Made by a program: the position numbers and the translations under genes. Below, piece after piece: positions 1 to 9,711 of a stretch of DNA of 55,501 bases. The stretch is taken from positions 1 to 55,501 of the forward strand of contig JAMCTH010000012.1 in assembly GCA_023379025.1 (NCBI GenBank), read 5' to 3'. The notes under the pieces were generated by a model. That model was not told where the DNA came from. It worked only from the letters and a program-made list of their open reading frames with translations, and did no database searches. Within the stretch, counting starts at the first letter, position 1. Every line of letters begins with the position of its first letter. The stretch is from Patescibacteria group bacterium (GTDB taxonomy: Bacteria; Patescibacteriota; Microgenomatia; UBA10105; UBA927).

Positions 1-146
1 TTAAAGGAAACCGGATCTCCGTTTGACTTGCGGAGAAAGCCGAGCGTACAATCGCCGAGACCCGCAATAGCCAGATTTCGTTCAAGCGTTCTCAGATAGC
101 GCTGATCGATATCCTCCGCTCCCGCAAAATCAAATTCTACCGTCAT
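1..146 (-). CDS. 5' part of a hypothetical protein running off the window edge (MTVEFDFAGAEDIDQRYLRTLERN...)
   Basis: ATG at 146-144, open to base 1, divergent from the metK promoter; no recognisable motif. Confidence 0.4.
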   Translation of the reverse strand, partial: MTVEFDFAGAEDIDQRYLRTLERNLAIAGLGDCTLGFLRKSNGDPVSF

Positions 147-192
147 AGAAGGGTAATTATAACCTATAGCACTGATTGCATCAATTTCACTC

Positions 193-221
193 TTGACAGG
201 AGAAGCGTTTCCCGTTACGCT
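193..221 (+). promoter_or_regulatory. sigma70-type promoter for the SAM riboswitch/metK transcript
   Basis: TTGACA (193-198), 17-bp spacer, TACGCT (216-221), just upstream of the aptamer. Confidence 0.7.
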
Positions 222-235
222 TAACACTAATTAAA

Positions 236-338
236 TATATCAAGAGTGGCGGGGAGTGACCTAGCACGGTGATCCGCCCGGCAACCCTTCGACAAGCTCA
301 GGGTGCCAATACTAGCCCCGGAAACGGGGAGTGATAAG
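236..338 (+). promoter_or_regulatory. SAM-I (S-box) riboswitch aptamer
   Basis: TATC-AAGAG...GGCAACC...GGTGCC...GATA core; P2 GGCGG/CCGCC with kink-turn-like GA; L2 CTAG pairing with J3/4 CTAG; P4 CCCCG-GAAA-CGGGG; lies upstream of metK. Confidence 0.9.
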
Positions 339-357
339 CCGAATCCGGAAAACGCTT

Positions 358-388
358 AGAACTCTCCTTTTTACGGAGAGTTTTTTAT
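358..388 (+). terminator. intrinsic terminator, expression platform of the SAM riboswitch
   Basis: AGAACTCTCC/GGAGAGTTTT stem followed by a T-rich tract. Confidence 0.8.
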
Positions 389-412
389 TATTAATAATAA
401 AAAGGAGGGTAT

Positions 413-619
413 ATGGAAGAACTGAGATTTGATGGATCTGCTCATCCGAGAGATGCCGAAGGGAATGCGATGCCATTTAGGGTTATTGACGAAGAAGGGC
501 ATACTGAATTTGTTCCGGTTGAAACAGCTTATGGCTGGAACACCGGTTGGAACGAAGCGGCTTGGGAACAATTTACGGCGGAAGGTGATACTCAAGGAGT
601 AGAGAAGGAGGAAGCATGA
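413..619 (+). CDS. small acidic hypothetical protein (68 aa), first gene of the riboswitch-controlled operon
   Basis: strong SD AAGGAGG upstream; stop overlaps metK start (ATGA). Confidence 0.65.
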   Translation: MEELRFDGSAHPRDAEGNAMPFRVIDEEGHTEFVPVETAYGWNTGWNEAAWEQFTAEGDTQGVEKEEA

Positions 620-1722
620 TCACGTCATTTACTTCCGAATCAGTTGCAGCGGGGCACCCGGATAAGATCTGCGATCAGGTGTCGGATGCGATACTGGATG
701 CGGCTCTTGCCGCCGACCCCGATGCGCATGTTGCCGTTGAGACGCTCGTGACGACGGACCGTGTGGTTTTAGCAGGCGAAGTCCGCTGCCGCAAAAAGCT
801 TGATTACGAAAAAATCGCCCGCGGCGTCATCAAGTCGCTTGGGTACACCAACGGCATCTATCACTTTTCCCACACTTCGCCGGTATCCGTATATATCCAT
901 GAGCAATCCCAGGATATAGCGGTCGGGGTGGATAACGAAGGAGCCGGGGACCAGGGGATGATGTTCGGCTATGCCACAAACGAGACGCCGGAGCTTATGC
1001 CGCTTCCCATCATTCTTGCCCACCGGCTGGTCGAGAACATGGATGAAGCGCGGGAGAAGAAGACGCTGCCGTATCTTCGTCCCGACGGGAAAAGCGAGGT
1101 AAAGGTGAGCTACCGCGACGGCAAACCGGTACGCGTTGAACATGTCGTCCTGGCCGTCCCGCACGACCCGAAGGTGTCGCCGGACCGGGTGAAAAAGGAC
1201 CTTATCCGCTGGGTCGTCCGGCCGGTCCTCAGGCACTATCATATGGCGGTCCCGGAGGATCGTTTTATCACGCTGAACGGCACGGGTCGGTGGGATATCG
1301 GCGGGCCGTCGTCCGATACCGGCGTTACGGGCCGGAAGATTATCGTCGACACGTACGGCGCGTTTGCCCGTCACGGCGGCGGGGCGTTCAGCGGCAAGGA
1401 TCCGACTAAAGTAGACAGGAGCGCCGCATATGCCGCGCGGTATATCGCCAAAAATGTTGTGGCCAAAGGATTAGCGCAGCGCTGCGAAGTGCGGGTTGCC
1501 TATGTTATCGGCCAGCGGGAACCGATCATGAAGACGCTCGAACTTTTCGGTACCGGCAAAAAGCCTCAGAAGGAGATAGAAGCCTATGCATGGGGGCTTC
1601 TTGACCTGTCGGTCAAAGGGATCATACAGGGCCTGAACCTGAAGCGTCCGATTTACCGCGAAAGCGCGCGCTACGGGCATTTCGGCCGAAATGGATTTCC
1701 CTGGGAAGCGGTAGTACAATAG
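616..1722 (+). CDS. metK: S-adenosylmethionine synthetase
   Basis: FTSESV..GHPDKICDQ, GAGDQG, GGGAFSGKDPTKVDRS motifs. Confidence 0.98.
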   Translation: MITSFTSESVAAGHPDKICDQVSDAILDAALAADPDAHVAVETLVTTDRVVLAGEVRCRKKLDYEKIARGVIKSLGYTNGIYHFSHTSPVSVYIHEQSQDIAVGVDNEGAGDQGMMFGYATNETPELMPLPIILAHRLVENMDEAREKKTLPYLRPDGKSEVKVSYRDGKPVRVEHVVLAVPHDPKVSPDRVKKDLIRWVVRPVLRHYHMAVPEDRFITLNGTGRWDIGGPSSDTGVTGRKIIVDTYGAFARHGGGAFSGKDPTKVDRSAAYAARYIAKNVVAKGLAQRCEVRVAYVIGQREPIMKTLELFGTGKKPQKEIEAYAWGLLDLSVKGIIQGLNLKRPIYRESARYGHFGRNGFPWEAVVQ

Positions 1723-1727
1723 CCACG

Positions 1728-2918
1728 ATGGCAGAGTACCGGCCGCTTGCAGACATTCTCCGCCCCCGGACGTTTGACGACGTCATCGGGCAAGGCCATC
1801 TGGTGGGCAAAACCGGGATTCTCCGCAAACTCGTTTCCTCAGGATTTCTCCCCTCCATCGTATTTTGGGGACCGCCGGGTAGCGGAAAAACCACGCTCGC
1901 AGAACTCCTGGCCCGCCAGACCAACGCGCATTTCGAGTCAAAATCAGCAGTCACGACGACGCTTTCGGATGTACGCGCGGTCGTTGCCGATGCGAGGAAA
2001 CGGCTCGATACCGGCGGACAGCGGACGATCCTCTTTATTGACGAAATTCACCGGTTTACGAAAGCCCAGCAGGATGCGTTCCTCCCGCATGTCGAGCACG
2101 GCACCATCATCTTCATGGGTGCAACCACGGAAAATCCCTCGTTTGAAGTCATCGCCCCGCTTCTTTCGCGCTGCCGCGTCTTTGTTCTTAAACGGCTCGA
2201 AGACGCGGAGCTTAACGGTATCATCAGCCGGGGTGTAGCTTACCTTAAGCGCAACATCGATGACGACGCGAGAAAGACGCTTCTTGCCTTTGCCAACGGC
2301 GATGCAAGGAGTCTCCTTACGGTGCTTGAAATAGCAGACCGCCTGACCCGGGCGCGCGATAAACGCACGTCACGCGGCAGGGTCATACGGCTTTCCGATA
2401 TCGAAGAGGCGGCTCAGACAAAAATGCTCCAGTACGACCGGGCCGCGGAGGAGCACTACAATACGATCAGCGCCTTCATCAAAAGCATGAGGGCAAGCGA
2501 TGTCGATGCTGCACTTTACTATCTTGCCCGTATGGTAGCGGCCGGAGAAGATCCTCTTTTTATCGCGCGCCGTATGGTTGTCTTTGCTTCGGAAGACATC
2601 GGTATGGCCCAACCCACGGCGCTTGTTGTCGCAAATGCGGTCTTTGACGCCTGCAACAAAATCGGCTATCCCGAATGCCAGGAAAATCTTGCCCACGGTG
2701 TCGTGTATCTTGCTCTTGCCAAAAAAGACCGGCATGCCTATGACGCGTATTTCCGGGCGCTTGATGACGTGAACCGGTTCGGAAACCTGCCTATCCCCCT
2801 GGTCATCAGGAATACCCCGACCAAACTTATGAAGGATCTGGGTTACGGAAAAGGCTACGACCGGTATACGAAAGCGTCTCTTTTACCCGATGCCGTCAAA
2901 GGGAAGAAATACTACTGA
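1728..2918 (+). CDS. rarA: replication-associated recombination protein A (MgsA/RarA AAA+ ATPase)
   Basis: GPPGSGKTT, FIDEIHRF, GATTENPSF, SEDIG motifs. Confidence 0.95.
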   Translation: MAEYRPLADILRPRTFDDVIGQGHLVGKTGILRKLVSSGFLPSIVFWGPPGSGKTTLAELLARQTNAHFESKSAVTTTLSDVRAVVADARKRLDTGGQRTILFIDEIHRFTKAQQDAFLPHVEHGTIIFMGATTENPSFEVIAPLLSRCRVFVLKRLEDAELNGIISRGVAYLKRNIDDDARKTLLAFANGDARSLLTVLEIADRLTRARDKRTSRGRVIRLSDIEEAAQTKMLQYDRAAEEHYNTISAFIKSMRASDVDAALYYLARMVAAGEDPLFIARRMVVFASEDIGMAQPTALVVANAVFDACNKIGYPECQENLAHGVVYLALAKKDRHAYDAYFRALDDVNRFGNLPIPLVIRNTPTKLMKDLGYGKGYDRYTKASLLPDAVKGKKYY

Positions 2919-3001
2919 CATACAGAGGACATGGACAGTGCATGTTGTGAGCGTTTGTGAATACCTGAACCGTCTTTTTTATGGAAAGGAGGTGAGTATT
3001 C

Positions 3002-3259
3002 ATGGATATTCAGATCGGCCGGATCACGCACTACTATGATAAAATCGGTGTTGCCGTCGTGTCGGTCATGAACCAGCCGCTGAAGGTCGGGGATACGGTC
3101 AAAATTTCCGGTCATGACAGCGAATTCACCCAGGACATCACGTCGTTGCAGGTCGAACACGCCAAAGTCCCTGAGGTAGCGGCAGGAGACAGTTGCGGGC
3201 TTAAGGTAGACCAGCCCGTCAAAGAAGGGGACCGGATATTTCTGATCGGGCACAGTTAG
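3002..3259 (+). CDS. small translation-factor domain II-like beta-barrel protein (U32 peptidase C-terminal-like)
   Basis: IGRITHYYDKIGVAV...LKVGD...G.KV...V.EGD pattern; strong SD AAGGAGGTG. Confidence 0.7.
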   Translation: MDIQIGRITHYYDKIGVAVVSVMNQPLKVGDTVKISGHDSEFTQDITSLQVEHAKVPEVAAGDSCGLKVDQPVKEGDRIFLIGHS

Positions 3260-3349
3260 TGCTTCAGGCCGGACCAGGTATTTGTAGGCAGGGAAGCCTG
3301 TTATCATTTATGTTTGGTAAAAATGACGTTGGCGGAGTATCTTTATGCT

Positions 3350-3781
3350 ATGAAACAGGAACATTCGGCAGGAGGCATGATTCTCCGCAAGAAAAAAACA
3401 TGGGAAGTCCTCGTCATCCGGGATATGAATGACTCCTGGACCTTCCCGAAAGGCCTGATCGAACCGGGCGAAAAGGCACGGGATGCTGCTATCCGCGAAA
3501 TCCGGGAAGAAACGGGACTCACGCAGATCCGCTACTGCCGGGATCTCGGGTCCATCGACTATCAGTACAGGCGAAACGGCCTTATCCGGAAGACGGTTGC
3601 GTATTTTTTATTCTCGCTTACGGGTGCTGAACCGTTCAAGCTTCAGCGCGAAGAAGGTATCCGCGCCGCCCGGTGGGTCACGCTCGGACGGGCTGTAGGC
3701 GTCGTCGGTTATCCCGACACCAACCTGCCGTTACTGGAAAAAGCCGCCGCGTACGTGAACCGAAATCAGGAGAGTACATAG
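3350..3781 (+). CDS. NUDIX hydrolase (Ap4A hydrolase-like)
   Basis: WTFPKG...GE....AAIREIREETG Nudix box. Confidence 0.9.
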   Translation: MKQEHSAGGMILRKKKTWEVLVIRDMNDSWTFPKGLIEPGEKARDAAIREIREETGLTQIRYCRDLGSIDYQYRRNGLIRKTVAYFLFSLTGAEPFKLQREEGIRAARWVTLGRAVGVVGYPDTNLPLLEKAAAYVNRNQEST

Positions 3782-3785
3782 TCCT

Positions 3786-4166
3786 ATGGACCTTGTTCCC
3801 GCACCGGACGTTGAAGAGATAGGCCGCGTCATACTGCGGCGGGTTCCGTTTGACTACATCGATCCCGCGAAACTTACCTTTATGAGAAGTTATCATGCTA
3901 CCAGCCGTGCGCGTGCGCGTATCTGGAGTTTTCCGAAAATCTGGCAGCTTGCTCTCGTGCATCCGCCGCATTACGTCATAGAAGTCCTCTCCGAGCATTT
4001 CGACCGGATGAGTCAGGACGATAAGATTCGCGTGATTATCCATGAATTCATGCATATCCCGAAAAATTTCTCCGGGGCGCTTGTCCCGCACCGCGGCCGC
4101 CACCGGAGGATAGACATGAGGAGCGTGGAAACGCTGTTCAAGCAGTTCCAGGCATACGGCGGATAA
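3786..4166 (+). CDS. putative zinc metallopeptidase
   Basis: IIHEFMHIP HExxH motif. Confidence 0.7.
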   Translation: MDLVPAPDVEEIGRVILRRVPFDYIDPAKLTFMRSYHATSRARARIWSFPKIWQLALVHPPHYVIEVLSEHFDRMSQDDKIRVIIHEFMHIPKNFSGALVPHRGRHRRIDMRSVETLFKQFQAYGG

Positions 4167-4193
4167 CGCTCTGCCACGGGTATTCACACAACT

Positions 4194-4886
4194 ATGCTCT
4201 ACCTTTTTCACGGAGATGATACCGGCGCGTCGCGCGCGGCCTATCTTGCTGCCAGAGCCGGCCGCTCCGAGCCCGACATACGCCCGCTCAACGGCCAGTC
4301 CATGACGGAAACGGATCTTGTCCAGGCCCTTACTTCGGAGTCACTGTTCGGCACGGAGCGTCTTATCCTTATAGAAAATCTGTTTACCGCACTCGGCAGG
4401 AAGGAAACGCTCGCGAAACGCTTTGCCGCGCATCTTTCGCGCGTATCTGCCGATGAGTCCGTGTTTCTCTGGGAAGCGAAGGAGCTTTCGGCGGGGCTCG
4501 TACGGCTTCTTGGATCCGGCGTCAGGGTATCGCTCTTCAAACTGCCGGTTCTTCTCTTTTCATTCCTTGATGGGATCCGTCAGGGAGGGGTAAAGGAGTC
4601 CGTCGCCTCACTCGAAAAACTTCTCGGACATACACCGGCCGAACTCGTGTTTGTTATGCTCGTGCGCCGCGTCCGGGACCTTCTTCTTCTCCGCGACGGG
4701 AAGAAGCCTTCTGCCCTTCAGTCATGGCAAATCGCCCGTTTGACAAGACAGGCGGACTCATTTACCATGGAAAAACTTGTCGCTATGTACCAAAATCTTT
4801 ATGAGATAGACCGCTCGGTCAAGTCCGGAACCACCCCATTTACATCACGGGAACTCATCGAACAATTTCTTATCCGTCATACCTGA
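4194..4886 (+). CDS. holA: DNA polymerase III delta subunit (short, divergent)
   Basis: MLYLFHGDD start, SLF...RLI.IE, C-terminal D..VKSG pattern typical of HolA. Confidence 0.7.
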   Translation: MLYLFHGDDTGASRAAYLAARAGRSEPDIRPLNGQSMTETDLVQALTSESLFGTERLILIENLFTALGRKETLAKRFAAHLSRVSADESVFLWEAKELSAGLVRLLGSGVRVSLFKLPVLLFSFLDGIRQGGVKESVASLEKLLGHTPAELVFVMLVRRVRDLLLLRDGKKPSALQSWQIARLTRQADSFTMEKLVAMYQNLYEIDRSVKSGTTPFTSRELIEQFLIRHT

Positions 4887-4897
4887 AAAGGAGGCAT

Positions 4898-6259
4898 ATG
4901 GCATACGACCTCTCCATTTTTAAAGATTACGATATCCGCGGCACCTACCCCGACAAGATAAACGGGAATGTCGCCGAGGCAATCGCCTATGCAATAGTCC
5001 GTAAATTTCAGCCGCGGTCGGTCGGGATTTGCCGGGATATGCGGCTCTCCGGTACGGAACTGCGTGACGCATTTGTCCGTGTGTTTACGGCGCTTGGGAT
5101 AGAGGTCTTCGACGCCGGACTGGTCGGCACGGAAATGCAGTATTACATCGCCGGCACGAGGCCCTATGACCTGGTCCTCATGATATCCGCCTCGCACAAT
5201 CCGCCGGAATATAACGGCATCAAACTCGTGAAAAAGGGTCCTATCGCGGTTACCAGCGACAGCGGGCTTTATGAGGTACGGGACCTTCTTGGCGCCGGAC
5301 CGCTCCCGGATGCCCCGGACAAAGGATCCGTTACCATGATCGACGTCATCGGGGAATGGAAAAAGAAAATCTACTCGCTGGTCGACGTTTCCTCGCTCAA
5401 GCCGCTTTCCGTCGTCGTTGATGCCGGTAACGGCATGGCCGGTAAGCTTGTCCCTGCGGCATTTGAGGGGCTTCCCATGAACGTGACGCCGCTTTTTTTT
5501 GCGTTGGACGGCCGCTTTCCCAATCACGTGCCCAATCCGCTGATTGACAGCAATAACAAGGTGCTCGTCAAAACCATCACGGAAACGCACGCGGATATCG
5601 GCCTTACCTTCGACGGCGACGCGGACCGGATATTTCTGGTAGACGACCGGGGACGGATCGTATCGGGTACGATTACGACCGCCCTTCTTGCCCAGCATTT
5701 TTTGAAAAATCACCCCGGGGAACTTATCCTCTATAACGCGATATGCGGCAGGATTGTTCCGGAAACGGTCAAGCGTATGGGAGGCAAATCCAAACGCGTC
5801 CGCGTGGGGCATAGCTATATCAAAACATACATGCGGGAGACCGGGGCGATATTTGCGGGGGAACACTCGGGCCACTACTACTACCGCGACTTTTTTGCGG
5901 CAGAAAGCGGCGTCCTGACGGCGCTTCTTGTCCTGTCGTTCCTCGGCCGCGAAGGCAGGAAACTCTCGGAGATGGTTGACGCGCTTGACGTCTATCCGGC
6001 AAGCGGGGAGATCAACTTCGTGGTTGCCGACCGCGACGGGACGCAAAAGGCCATGCGCGACGCTTTCCCCGACGCATCAGCGGTTGACGAGCTTGACGGA
6101 GTCAGCATCTGGTACAAGGACTATTGGTTTAATGTGAGGGCGTCCAAAACCGAGCCGCTTCTCCGGCTGAACGTGGAAGCGGATACCGCGGAGCTTCTCA
6201 AAGAAAAGACCGATATGCTTATCCAAAAAATAGAATCCCTTGGCGGGAAAAGAAAGTGA
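4898..6259 (+). CDS. phosphomannomutase/phosphoglucomutase
   Basis: FKDYDIRG, SASHNP, FDGDADR, GEHSGH motifs. Confidence 0.95.
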   Translation: MAYDLSIFKDYDIRGTYPDKINGNVAEAIAYAIVRKFQPRSVGICRDMRLSGTELRDAFVRVFTALGIEVFDAGLVGTEMQYYIAGTRPYDLVLMISASHNPPEYNGIKLVKKGPIAVTSDSGLYEVRDLLGAGPLPDAPDKGSVTMIDVIGEWKKKIYSLVDVSSLKPLSVVVDAGNGMAGKLVPAAFEGLPMNVTPLFFALDGRFPNHVPNPLIDSNNKVLVKTITETHADIGLTFDGDADRIFLVDDRGRIVSGTITTALLAQHFLKNHPGELILYNAICGRIVPETVKRMGGKSKRVRVGHSYIKTYMRETGAIFAGEHSGHYYYRDFFAAESGVLTALLVLSFLGREGRKLSEMVDALDVYPASGEINFVVADRDGTQKAMRDAFPDASAVDELDGVSIWYKDYWFNVRASKTEPLLRLNVEADTAELLKEKTDMLIQKIESLGGKRK

Positions 6260-6265
6260 GGGAGT

Positions 6266-7339
6266 ATGACAAATCTCGATGATCTTAGTGCCATACAAAC
6301 GCTTGACGCCGAAAACGTCCGGGGGTCGATAGAGCTGGTCGGGAAACAGTGCCGTCAGGCATGGGACGATGTCCGGGGTATCGCCTTTCCCGCGGCTTAC
6401 CGGACCCCTTCTTCAATCGTATTCGCCGGTATGGGCGGGTCTGCGCTTGGTGCATACATGATCCGTTCTTTGTTTTTTGACACGATTCCGGTTCCGTTTG
6501 AGATCGTCAACGATTATCATCTGCCGCCGTACGTAAACGAAAAGACGCTCGTTATCGTCTGCAGCTACTCCGGTACCACGGAAGAAGCGATCTCCTGCGC
6601 CCGGGAAGCCATCGGGAAGCACGCCATGCTGACCGGTATTACCGAAGGGAAAACGCTCGGGGAGCTTTTCCGATCATCGGATACTCCGGCATATCTATTC
6701 ACCCCGACGTACAATCCTTCCAACCAGCCGCGGCTTGGGACCGGGTACACCGCTTACAGCCAGTTTGCCATCCTTACCGCGTTGGGTCTTGTTTCGGTTA
6801 CGGACCGGGACACGGATGACGTCGTCCGGGTAGCGGAAGAAGGGAATAAGGCATACGGCCTTTCCGTTCCTACTTCCGGCAATCCCGCCAAAGCCCTGGC
6901 ACACACCTGGTTTGAAAAAATCCCCATTATCGTATCTGCGGAATTTTTGAAGCAGGTCGGCCGCATCATCAGGAACCAGTTCCATGAATGCGCCAAGTCG
7001 TTTGCCGCATACCACGATATTCCGGAGCTTAACCACCACCTTATGGAAGCGCTCACCTATCCGGAGGGAAACAAATCGCTTCTCAGTTTCCTGTTTCTCG
7101 ACTCGCCTCTCTACTCGCCCCGCATTAAAAAGCGCGTCGGGATCACCAAAGATGTCGTGAAGCGGCAGGGTATGCACGTTGAGGAATTCGTCCCCACATC
7201 ATCGACCAAAATCACTCAGGCATTCGAGTGCGTGCAGTTTGGGGCATACGTCAACTATTATATGTCCATGCTCTACGGCATCAACCCGAGCAAAATTCCC
7301 TGGGTCGATTATTTCAAAACGGAGCTTGCAAAAGAATAA
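6266..7339 (+). CDS. bifunctional phosphoglucose/phosphomannose isomerase (SIS family)
   Basis: GMGGS, SYSGTTEE, QPR, PELNHH motifs. Confidence 0.88.
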   Translation: MTNLDDLSAIQTLDAENVRGSIELVGKQCRQAWDDVRGIAFPAAYRTPSSIVFAGMGGSALGAYMIRSLFFDTIPVPFEIVNDYHLPPYVNEKTLVIVCSYSGTTEEAISCAREAIGKHAMLTGITEGKTLGELFRSSDTPAYLFTPTYNPSNQPRLGTGYTAYSQFAILTALGLVSVTDRDTDDVVRVAEEGNKAYGLSVPTSGNPAKALAHTWFEKIPIIVSAEFLKQVGRIIRNQFHECAKSFAAYHDIPELNHHLMEALTYPEGNKSLLSFLFLDSPLYSPRIKKRVGITKDVVKRQGMHVEEFVPTSSTKITQAFECVQFGAYVNYYMSMLYGINPSKIPWVDYFKTELAKE

Positions 7340-7390
7340 ACGTTTCCGGGCTTTTCGGATATGTTTTCGACGTTTGCACGATTACCTCCC

Positions 7391-7419
7391 TTGCCATCGC
7401 CGGCAAAAGTGTCCATACT
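7391..7419 (+). promoter_or_regulatory. promoter for ppsA, probably giving a leaderless mRNA
   Basis: TTGCCA-17bp-CATACT; ATG 6 nt after the -10. Confidence 0.6.
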
Positions 7420-7425
7420 GGTAGT

Positions 7426-9711
7426 ATGCCCGAACAGTATGTCCTTTGGTTTAAGGAAGTCGGAAAAGATGATGTCGGTAGAGTCGGAGGAAAAGGCGCT
7501 AACCTCGGGGAAATGACCCGTGCGCAATTCCCCGTGCCCCCGGGTTTTATTGTAAGTGTTGCGGCGTATAACCACTTCCTCGATGTTTCCGGTCTTCGCA
7601 CGTTCATCCATGACGAACTCAAAAACCTGGATGTTTCCGATTCTGCAGCGCTTGAGAAATCCTCCCGTGCCATCCGGGAACGAATTGTCAGGACCGCGTT
7701 TCCCCGGGAGATCGCCAAGCCGGTTCTTGACGCATATTTTTCCCTGGACCGGGGGATGCTCCGGCACGCCACCGTTGCCGTGCGTTCCTCGGCAACGGCA
7801 GAAGACCTGCCGGGTGCTTCCTTTGCCGGCCAGCAGGATACGTACCTCAATGTGTACGGCGAGGCAAATCTTATAGAAAAGATCAAAGAAGCCTGGGCAT
7901 CGCTGTTTACCGGGCGTGCCATCTTTTACCGTGCGACCAATCACTACGACCATTTCAAAGTCGGTATCGCGATACCGGTCCAGAAAATGGTCGAGTCCGA
8001 TATGTCCGGGATCATGTTTACGATCGACCCCGTGACCAATGACAAGAAAAAGATCATCATCGAGGCAATTTTCGGTCTCGGCGAGATGATCGTGCAGGGA
8101 GCGGTCACGCCCGACCATTATGAAGTGGACAAGCAGAGCCTGACCGTTACGGGAGTTGTCGTCAGGACGCAGGAAAAAATGATGCGCCAGAAAGACGGTA
8201 AAACGGGTATCGTACCGCTTTCGAAGGAGGATGGCGGCCGGAGGAAGCTGACGGATGATCAGGTACTTGCCCTGGCGCGTCTCGGTAAAAAACTCGAAGA
8301 GCACTATTATTTCCCCCAGGACAGCGAATGGGCCATCGAGCGCGGGGAAGTTTTCCTCGTTCAGACCCGCCCGGTCACGACCGTCGGCAAAAAGCATGAG
8401 GCGGAAACCGGCTCTCCGTTTGCCGGCCACGAAGTTATCGTCAAAGGCGACCCGGCAAGTCCCGGTATCGCGAGCGGCCCGGTGAAGGTGCTTTCCTCAC
8501 CTTCGGAAATCGGTAAAATCGTATCCGGAGACGTACTGGTTGCGGAAATGACCAATCCGGATTATGTCCCGGCCATGAAAAAAGCCGTAGCTATTATTAC
8601 CGAACGCGGGGGCCGGACCTCCCATGCCGCTATCGTTTCCCGTGAACTCGGTATCCCTGCGGTCGTGGGTGCCGAAGGGATCCTCAAAAACGTGAAAGAC
8701 GGGCTGGTTGTGTCGGTAGACGGGACAACCGGAAGTATCTACAAAGGAGCAGTCTCACACGGCGCCGCGATGAAAGCCGCGCCCCGCCATGCCGCGGAGC
8801 ATATCAAAACCGCGACCAAAGTGTATGTAAACATGGCCGAGCCCGACCGCGCCGCAAAAAACGCGGCGCTCAACGTGGACGGCGTCGGACTTCTCCGGGC
8901 AGAGTTTATGATCGCCCAGATCGGTACCCATCCCAGGAAATTCATCGCGGATAAAAAAGAAGATGTCTTCGTCCGTGCGCTCGCAAGCGGGCTTGAACAG
9001 ATCGCTAACGCTTTCCGGCCCCGGCCCGTTATCTACCGGGCGACGGATTTCCGTACCAATGAATACCGCGATTTGAAAGGGGGCGATGCGTACGAGCCCA
9101 AGGAAGACAACCCCATGCTCGGCTTCCGCGGCGCCGCGCGCTATATCGCCGATGCATCCGTCTTTAACCTTGAGCTTGAAGCGCTAAAGTACGTCCGCAA
9201 TAAAATCGGCCTCAAAAACCTCAATCTCATGATCCCGTTCGTGCGTTCCCCGGGGGAACTTCTTGAAGTCAAAAAACTCGTGACCGCTTCGGGTCTTGCC
9301 CGTTCGGCGCAGTTTAAGCTCTCTATGATGGTTGAAATTCCGACGAACGTCATACGGATCGAAGAATTTCTCGATGTCGGTATAGACGGCATATCGATCG
9401 GCTCAAACGACCTGACCATGCTTATTCTGGGGACCGACCGCGACAACAGCGAGGTGCGCGGGGACTACGACGAGCGCGATCCTGCGGTCCTTTGGGCACT
9501 CGAACACGTCATCCGGGCGGCAGCCAAACGCGGGGTTACGAGTTCGATATGCGGCCAGGCCCCTTCTGACTACCCGGAGCTTGTGGAAAAGCTCGTTTCC
9601 TGGGGCATCACCGGCGTTTCCGTCAATCCGGATGCCGTTGACCAGGTCCGGGAGACCATTGCCCATGCCGAAGCAGCGCTTGTCACCGGCAAGAGCACCC
9701 CTGCCCTATGA
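7426..9711 (+). CDS. ppsA: phosphoenolpyruvate synthase
   Basis: GGKGANLGEM, AVRSSATAEDL..ASFAGQ, TSHAAIVSRE, SIGSNDL; start moved to MPEQ (7426). Confidence 0.95.
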   Translation: MPEQYVLWFKEVGKDDVGRVGGKGANLGEMTRAQFPVPPGFIVSVAAYNHFLDVSGLRTFIHDELKNLDVSDSAALEKSSRAIRERIVRTAFPREIAKPVLDAYFSLDRGMLRHATVAVRSSATAEDLPGASFAGQQDTYLNVYGEANLIEKIKEAWASLFTGRAIFYRATNHYDHFKVGIAIPVQKMVESDMSGIMFTIDPVTNDKKKIIIEAIFGLGEMIVQGAVTPDHYEVDKQSLTVTGVVVRTQEKMMRQKDGKTGIVPLSKEDGGRRKLTDDQVLALARLGKKLEEHYYFPQDSEWAIERGEVFLVQTRPVTTVGKKHEAETGSPFAGHEVIVKGDPASPGIASGPVKVLSSPSEIGKIVSGDVLVAEMTNPDYVPAMKKAVAIITERGGRTSHAAIVSRELGIPAVVGAEGILKNVKDGLVVSVDGTTGSIYKGAVSHGAAMKAAPRHAAEHIKTATKVYVNMAEPDRAAKNAALNVDGVGLLRAEFMIAQIGTHPRKFIADKKEDVFVRALASGLEQIANAFRPRPVIYRATDFRTNEYRDLKGGDAYEPKEDNPMLGFRGAARYIADASVFNLELEALKYVRNKIGLKNLNLMIPFVRSPGELLEVKKLVTASGLARSAQFKLSMMVEIPTNVIRIEEFLDVGIDGISIGSNDLTMLILGTDRDNSEVRGDYDERDPAVLWALEHVIRAAAKRGVTSSICGQAPSDYPELVEKLVSWGITGVSVNPDAVDQVRETIAHAEAALVTGKSTPAL

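Noticed and set aside
7354-7370. Possible LexA box upstream of ppsA (TTCGG...TTCGA)
   Set aside because: Spacer is 7 nt, not 6, and the second half is imperfect
7228-7425. N-terminal extensions in the ORF track for ppsA (also uvrB 16652, secG 26596, TerS-like 34190, HNH 44250, GH 47591)
   Set aside because: They overlap neighbouring genes, tRNAs or promoters; downstream ATGs fit the family N-termini or promoter positions better
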